Source: Camelus ferus (lineage: Eukaryota). Taken from it: DNA of 64,000 nucleotides. Both the position numbers and the translations under genes were made by a program. Below, one piece after another: positions 56,505 through 64,000 of this stretch (positions within the stretch are counted from its first letter, which is position 1; each line of letters begins with the position of its first letter). Where the stretch lies: the NCBI RefSeq assembly GCF_009834535.1, contig NC_045696.1, positions 105,960,001 through 106,024,000 of the forward strand, in the 5' to 3' direction. The notes beneath the pieces are model-generated. The model searched no databases, was not told where the DNA came from, and was given only the letters and a program-made list of their open reading frames with translations.

Positions 56505-56815
56505 GCTCTGTCCATTACAGTAGCCACTAGCCACATGTGGCAACGGGGCATGAAACGTGCTGAGTCTGAAATAAGGTATGCCGCTTAAGTGTAAAATATA
56601 CCCTGGATTTGAAAGACTTAGTATGAAACAAAGAATGTAAAATAACTGTCTAGAAGGTGAGTTTTATATTTATTACATGTTAAATGATAATATTTTTGAT
56701 ATGCTTATTTAAATCAAATTTTTATTAAGATGAAGTTCACTGTAAAACTTTGGACATGTGGGTACTAGCAGACTTACATAGGAAGCTCATGTTATATTTC
56801 TGTTGAACAGCACTG
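56505..56815. mobile_element. MER33-like hAT element
   Basis: ctgtccattacagtagccactagccacatgtggc...taagtgtaaaatataccctggatttgaaagacttagtatga...atatttctgttgaacagcactg. Confidence 0.75.
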
Positions 56816-59016
56816 GCTGATCTAGAGTAAAAAGACAGGGGCCAAGTAGTACAGAGAAGGAAGAACAGGAGGCCTAGAGGATGAAAACGAATTATGCCAG
56901 AAAGCAAAGAAAGCACAGAAAGCACCATCAGACTTAAAACTTGGCTGTTAGCTTCCTGGCAGCCAAAGCAGACAGAACAAAGCCCCGCAGCTAATACTGT
57001 CTAACAGGGAAAGCACAGGGGGCACCAGAGAGAGCAGCTCTTTCCTGGCTCCGGCCAACACGGGAGGTAGACTGAGCACCACGAGGACCAGGGCGCTGGC
57101 CCTGGAGTCCAGCATATTCCTTCCACTCTCATTCACACTGAGCTTTGAGAAAGCCTTTGGGTCATAACTTCTGTAAAAATCAAGTTAGAGGGCCAGGCAA
57201 GCGTTAAATAATACAATCCCTGTAAGTAGCTTCTTGGCAATTTGTCAGATACATAATCATGGTCGTGATGCTTTGAGATGAAAAGGAAAATGTGAAAATA
57301 AGCTGTAACTCATAGGCAGCAAGAGCAGGTGTGCACAGCGCCGGGGAAGGCTGCCCAGATGTGGAGCTGCCAAAGCTGCCCTGCAAACTAGGGTGTAGTT
57401 ACAAAGAGGAGGCAACTGGGTGAGAATGAGCTACTGCCAAAACACTTGTGGTTTCTTGTCAATTACCGAGGCACAGAGACACTGTGGATTAATATTATTT
57501 TCAACTTCTTACTTATTTACAACCACATTCTTAAAACAACATTCCCTTTACATTTGCACTGGGGGATTCCTTGCGGGTGGGAGGGAATATGATCCCAAAC
57601 TGCTGATTCTCCATCTAGAGAATACAGGGTAGGAAAGAAAAAACAGGAAGGACCACCAGGTCCACACAACAGGCATGTGATCCATGTTAATGGAAACTGA
57701 AGCTGGTCCCTAAGGGGCCACGAAATACTGAGGAGCTCTCCCAGCCTCTTGGCATAAAAATCACTACGGGTAGATTCAACCCAGAGGGTGGCTCGAGCTC
57801 TGAGGATCAGTTTTGAGTGAACCATGGGTAAATTTCCCTTGAAGAATTAACACCAGATTGAAAAACAGATAAGCATTCATCTTTGTAACTTTTGATCTCT
57901 GGCTTGGGCACTTCCTGAACAGAACCAGCTACAAGATCCAGCAGGTTCTAGCTAGTCTGCAGAATAAACTGATCCTAGACCTTCCCTCCAAGAGCACCGC
58001 CTCACCTCTCAGACCTACAGTAGATACAGAGGACGATGGTTACAACGCGCAACCAGCTAGAATGCACATCAGGTGAGAGTTTCTCATGATCTCTAGCCCT
58101 GGTGTTCATGTCTGAGGCCAGCATGAAAGGGGATACCAGGGGCGACCCCAAAACACATGCAAATTTCCACCCAGTGATTTCAGCTCCTAGTCCCACTCCC
58201 TGCTGCCCTTGACTGGCTCCCCTGCTTCACTTCCTCCCTGTGCGGTGCACCCCGCTGTGATTTCATTCCCACTTGACATGCACTCCTACACTCACCCCAC
58301 CGCAGCCAGAACAGTGCAAGCTGCTGACAGCAAATGCCCAGCACCTTGGGGTCTGGATGGGGACCACAGTGCGCTCAGCTATGACGAGTGGGGCAGCCTC
58401 TTGGCACTGTGGGTCTCCAAATTCCACTTGTCTTCCAGGGTTTGTGACAGTGCCCTTTCCTGCCTGCCTTGGTGTCATCTGTCATTGCCAGCATGTCGTC
58501 TTTTTCATAACCTTTGCTTTAAGAAAAGTACCATCTGCTTTGAGTGTATGCCATAAAGCCTTCCTATTAAGAGTGTGACCCATAGACCAGCGGCCCTGGC
58601 ATCACCTGAGGACATGTCATTATACCAAGATCCCAGCTGATTCTGTGCATGCAAGTTTGAGAAGCAGTGGTATAAAGCAGCACTTTAACATGGATAAACA
58701 CAGGAGGGCACAACTTTGGGGGAGAAATTTTTAAAATGGGGGAACTCCTTTTAGGATAGAGCCTGGTCCAGGAGAGAAAAGGCAGAGTATGAGGTTGGTG
58801 CCGGTCACACCATAAATTGTTTCCAAACTCCCACTGCCCCAGGCACTGTCCAAGAAAGGGCTTCAGATTTTGGAGTCAGGAGAACTTCATCTCTTTTTTG
58901 TTTTTAACCAAGAGGACCTTCACTAATTTATAAAATCTCCATAATTAGGAAACCCAGCAACATTTCAACGGTAACTTATGCACAAGGGGCTGAGAATAAT
59001 CAAAAGGTCAACTTAC

Positions 59017-59067
59017 TGCTGTCTCCATTTTTTCTACCATTGCACCACACATCCATAGTGTCTTTTT
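59017..59067 (-). CDS. FAIM: FAIM penultimate coding exon (51 nt as written; apparent +1 frameshift)
   Basis: ttttacag|AA AAA GAC ACT ATG GAT GTG TGG TGC AAT GGT AGAAAAAATG GAG ACA GCA|gtaagt; (E)KDTMDVWCNG..META. Confidence 0.9.
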
Positions 59068-60269
59068 CTGTAAAAGTAATAGAGTAAAAAAATTATAATC
59101 TATGATTTAAAGATAACTCTATTATTTTAAGAAAAGTTTGATACACTGCATTTCTAAAACTCCATTAACTATTCATGATTTTGAAATCCTTCTAAATTTG
59201 AAGAAATTATGTTTATTCTTAGTTCACAAACAAAATCAAAATGAAGCCAATCTTTTCAGAGAAAATCATGATCCCAGTACAAATTGATGAACACTGTTAA
59301 ATAAAATCTTTAAAGGAGCATGCAGACAAACGAACATGAAGAGGGAGGTTTCCACATGGAACATCCTTTAATATTTTTAATATCAGTGACTAGATGATCC
59401 CCTTTACCTCTGACATTGACCCCACCGAATGACGGTACAAAGAGACCAGCAAAAAAGCCTGCCATGAGGTTCAGAGAGGACAGACAGCAATGCAGCCTTA
59501 CGTTTCTTACTGGATAATACAAAAATCTCTACCCATTTTTGTAATGGTTTCACTTTGGTGAAAGATTATTGGCTCGTAAGAAAAGACATAGGTATAATGC
59601 TTGCTGGGCTGTGCTGAGTACGGCGCTGACACAGTAGAACAAGATGCTGCCACAGGACACTCAGGCGTGAGTTAAGCTGCCGTAGCTCTCTCCACGGCAG
59701 TGGGTATGCGTGTGCACGTGTGCGCAAACGCACGAGCATTTTGGGGGAGGATCTCCGGACCCACTTGTGAACATTCACGTCTGGGAAGCAGCAGGAGAGA
59801 AACCTGGGTGTTACCATGAAGACCAAAGAGAAGCATGTCCCGTGTGTGCACGTGGAGTCCAGGGGTCAAAACCTGCCTGGGGGTCAAGGCAGAGGCGCCT
59901 CAACGCTGACAAGCCATCTACTCCAGGAAGACAGTCTTTCCTCCACACCTGGAGATGAGAGCCTCACTCAGAGAGTGGAGAAAGGGCTGTGAGCTGGGCT
60001 AGAGGGAGGGAGAGGAAGGCAGAGAGGCCCAGGAGCTATGGGAGAGTCACCCCAATGGCAGCCTGAGTTGGAAGCACCTACGGCCACCGTTGCAGGGAAA
60101 CCCAGCTGGTCCCGACAGTATCAGAGCACACTGGGGCTAAAATTAACCACGATGGTGACGGTGACAACTGGAATTTTATGAGTGGGCCTACTGGGCATGT
60201 CCATGTACTCAGATTTTCTATACTAGCTATTATTAGCCTGCCTCTGAAGAACATCGCTAATCCAGAAGC

Positions 60270-63200
60270 CATAAAAATGGAGCAAATTTGACCACATGAA
60301 AGTAAAAAGACTTCCGCGTGATTAAAACAAAAACACATGCACACACATTAGCAAAGTCATACAGTAAATGACAAACTGGGCAAAAATATTTGAAGCTCAC
60401 AACACAAAGGGCTAATCTTAGTAACAAGGACTCCTAGCAATCAAGGAGAAACAGACCAACACCCCAAAAGAAAACGGGTCAAAGGACATACACAGGCATT
60501 ATCAGAAAAGAAGCGCAGAAGGACCTTAAACATATGAAGAGATGCTCAACTTCACTCAATCTTGGAAAAGGCAAATAAAAACAATGCTAAAGCACCATTT
60601 TTCACCTAAAAGTAAAGTAGCTGGTGAGCTACTCTACTACATTTCTAAACACATCATTATATAAAATTTTGGAAAATAAAGATAAGCCCCCAAAAGCTTC
60701 TAGAAAGAAAAAATTTAGGAGGTTCAGACTGGCATAAAACTTCTTATTCAAGACAATGGAGAAGAGAAGATATTGGAAGAAGGCTTTCAAAAAATCTCAG
60801 GAAAGAGGGGGAGGGTACAGCTCAGGTACCCTCCCCCTCTTTCTGCATGCTAAGCATGTGCTCTGTACAGAGCACATGCTTAGCATGCAGAAGGTCCTCT
60901 GTTCAATCCCCAGTACCTCCTCTAAAAATAAATAAACCTAACTACCTCCCCCAGCCAAAATAAAATAATTAAATAATACAATAATAAATTAAAAAATTTT
61001 TTTAAATGTCAGAAAAAAACCTTGTAAAGCCAAACCACGATACTCAGCAGAAGTATCAACTTTGCATGAGGGTCACGTAGTATTATCTCCTAGATGCCCT
61101 TTATTAGGAAATTACTTAAGGATATTTTTCCAGCAAACAAAGGTGAAACTGGCAGTTGTGGGATTTGAAAACTGATGGAACTAAAGCAAGGGTTCCATGA
61201 ATGCAAGCCCAGGGCGGCCACTGGGCAGCAGGCCTGGAAAGCGACCTATCTAGTTTTGAATAGGGAGCCAACAGATGCCCAAGAATATTGTCATTAAGAA
61301 TGAAAATAATTCCAAGCAATAAATAACGAGTAAAAAATACAAACAGACATTAGGGACCTGGGCAAAGAAAAAATACATATCCACTCGCAGTAAGAACAGA
61401 GAAAGGCCACCTGAAGAGCCTGGAAAAACAAGACTGTACAAAAAAATCATGGTTCAGCTGTGAAGAAAACAAAAATCAGGTACGATTTTGAGAAACTGGT
61501 AGATTATAAGGCAGAAAATCCATTTGGCCTTGACACTAAAAACAACTTCATTTGCACTGCACAGGAGGCGCGACAGTGAGAGCAGCTGACGCGGGAGGCG
61601 CTCTGCACGTTCTGACGGCGCGCGGGGGTCTGAAGGGGGAACCCTCACACCAAGCCAGCCCAGGCTCTCTTCCAGTCCAAAATCCCACACTGAGAAGAAA
61701 CTTCTGTAAGAGAGTCCAGACTGAGGGGCCCAGGGACACCACAGTATAGGAAAGAGAAGATCTAAGGGAAAACGGGGAAGGAAACACAGCAGCCAGCTCA
61801 GAAAGTGTGCCCCGTGATTTTTAACATCATCCAAAAACAACAGAAAAGGGAACCCGAGAACCTGAAGTTTAGAAAGCAATCCCAAACCATACTCCTTTCT
61901 ACAAATTCAGGAAAACTAAGTTTATACAAAAATGACCTAAGAAGGGTACTGAACTCTAGTTCCAGAAAAAGTAGTAAGAAAGAAAGAGCAGACTACTCTC
62001 TTTACAGATAATAAAAGCATCAGAAGGGCATGCCTACACAAAAGATAAATCCGTAAAATACTATTTCAAAATGAGCTAAAAGAAATTTTTAAAAATCATA
62101 CACAATATGAAAAAATAACATAAATAAGGATTAGAAAAACTCTGAGAAATGAATAGAACTCACTTAAGAATTAAAAATAAAAATAATTTCAGACATAACT
62201 AAACTAAAAGGAACACAAAACAAACATAATTCCTTAATAGAAACACAAAGTGAAGAGGAGGAAAATTTAAAAAATCAAACAGAAATAAAGAGAACAAGAT
62301 AAGCCACAGACTGGGAGAAAATATTTGCAAAAACACTACCTGATAAAGAACTTATATCTAAATATCTTTGTTATGTTTTTAGAATTAATGATTGACAAAA
62401 GTATTTAACCGTCAACCTACACATAGTGTTTAAAGTATAACTGAAGCCAAAATGGTTGAAAAAAATCTTTTTTTACCATATGTGAAATGAATCCTACAAC
62501 GCATTAAAGATTGTTCCAGATTTTTTTAAAAAAACCTTGAATCTAAAATATACCAAGAACACTGAAAACTCAACAATAAGAAAACGAGCCACTCAGTTAG
62601 AAAATGGGCAAAAGATCTACACAAACAGCTCAGCAAAGAAGATACACAGATGACAAGTAAGCATATGAAAAGATGCTCAGCACCACACATTATTAGAGAA
62701 CTGCAAACTAAAGTGAGATCTCATTACACACCTATTAGAATGGCCAAACTCCCAAACACTGGCAACACTGCTGGCAAGGATGTGAAGCAATGGGAACTCT
62801 CACTCATTGCTGAGGGGAATGCAAAATGGTGCAGCCGCTTTGTAAGACAGACTGGTAGCTACTTACAAAACTAAATGTACTCTTACTATACTTCCTGTAC
62901 TCAAGCTCCTAAGTTATTTACCCAACTGATTTAAAAATTTATGTCCACATAAAAACCTGCACAAAGACATTTACATAGCAGATTTATTCATGATAGCCAA
63001 AAATTAGAAGCAAGCAAGCTGTCCTTCAGCAGGTGAATGGATAGGCAAACTGTGGTGCAACCAGACAGCGGAATATTCAGCACTAAGAAGCAATTACCTA
63101 CCAAGCCATGAGAGGATACAGAGGAACTTTAAGTGCATACTGCTAAGTAAAAGAAGCTCGTATAAAAAACTATGTCCTGTATGATTCCAACTATGTCATA

Positions 63201-64000
63201 TTCTGGAAAAGGCAAACTACAGAGACAGTAAAAAGCTTGCTATTGCCAGGGGTTGGGAGGAGAAGGAAGAGAGAGAGGAACAGAGAAGAACGCGGGATTT
63301 TTAGGGCAGTGAAACTATTCTGTATGATGCTGCAATGGCGGAATATGCTATTACACATTTGGCAGAACCCACAGAACCGTATAATGCAAAAGTGAACCCT
63401 AATGTAAACTATGGACTTTAGTGAATAATAATGTATCAACATTGGTTTGCCAATTGTAATGAGTGGACCACACCAACGCAAGATGCTAAGAATCGGGAGA
63501 ACTGAGGGGGGCAGTAGAGGGAGCATATGGGAACTCTGCTTTCCTTTAAACTTAAAACTGCTCTAGAAAATAAATCTATTAATTTAAAGAAAGAGAGAGA
63601 GGAAAAGAGAGAGAAAGGAAGGCAGGCAGCCGCATAGGCAGAAAGGAAGAAAGGAAAGAAAGAGAGAGAAGTTGTTAAAAAGGATGTGCGAGAAACTGAC
63701 ATATTTAGAAGACAGACCAAAAGATCCAACATATATGTACCCACGAGGAGGAAAACCAAGGCAAAGGAACAGAAAAGATTCTTAACTATAATTCAAGAAA
63801 ATTTTAAAAGACATTTGATTCTACACATTGAAAAGATTCACCAAGGACCTGAAAAAACTGACCACGAATGATCATTACCCTGACATAGTCTAGTAAAATT
63901 ACAGGCAAAACAACAAGGCACTTTTTTAAGAGAAAGAAAATCAGATTGTCATCAGACTTTTTGACAGTAATACTTCAGGCCAGAAGAAAGTGGAGTAATG
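60270..64000 (+). mobile_element. Nested L1 fragments, including L1MC-like ORF2 end and 3'UTR (about 62290-63590), in a FAIM intron
   Basis: ORF 62650-62874 (KHMKRCS...HYTPIRMAK...AGKDVKQWELSLIAEGNAKW) resembles the L1 ORF2 C-terminus; gtgaaccctaatgtaaactatggacttta is L1MC 3'UTR-like. Confidence 0.8.
60807..61000 (+). mobile_element. tRNA-derived SINE with internal inverted duplications
   Basis: gggggagggtacagctcag [insert] agagcacatgcttagcatgcagaaggtcctctgttcaatccccagtacctcc...aaataaacctaactacctccccc. Confidence 0.85.

Noticed and set aside
61454..61885. Longest ORF in the track (143 aa, minus strand) in a FAIM intron
   Set aside because: No similarity to FAIM or any protein I recognise; lies among L1-like fragments.
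59068..64000. Search for the next upstream FAIM exon (EEIRKEWMFKLVG...FRIVL)
   Set aside because: Not found; presumably beyond the window end.

Overview
Mammalian genomic DNA, not prokaryotic. The tRNA-derived SINE family suggests a camelid (inference). The + strand carries the last 12 coding exons of PIK3CB (PI3K p110-beta; 5873-40967, 1632 nt spliced = 543 aa + stop, helical and kinase domains, intact frame, all GT-AG introns) and its 3'UTR. The - strand carries the last two coding exons of FAIM (59067-59017 and 55909-55760), convergent with PIK3CB. The rest is intron or intergenic sequence rich in L1, L2, MIR, ERVL/LTR, MER DNA transposons and young SINEs. Most ORFs in the supplied track are spurious or repeat-derived. 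Main observations: (1) a TSD-flanked, A-tailed retrocopy resembling scaRNA SCARNA12/U89, in sense orientation in a PIK3CB intron; (2) a SINE whose 15-bp target-site duplication copies a PIK3CB splice donor; (3) an apparent +1 frameshift in the FAIM penultimate exon; (4) a SINE rearranged into two abutting perfect inverted repeats; (5) a tailless 5S rRNA retrofragment. I see no evidence for a new multi-gene system. Gene, RNA and repeat-family names come from my recall of known sequences, not from database searches.
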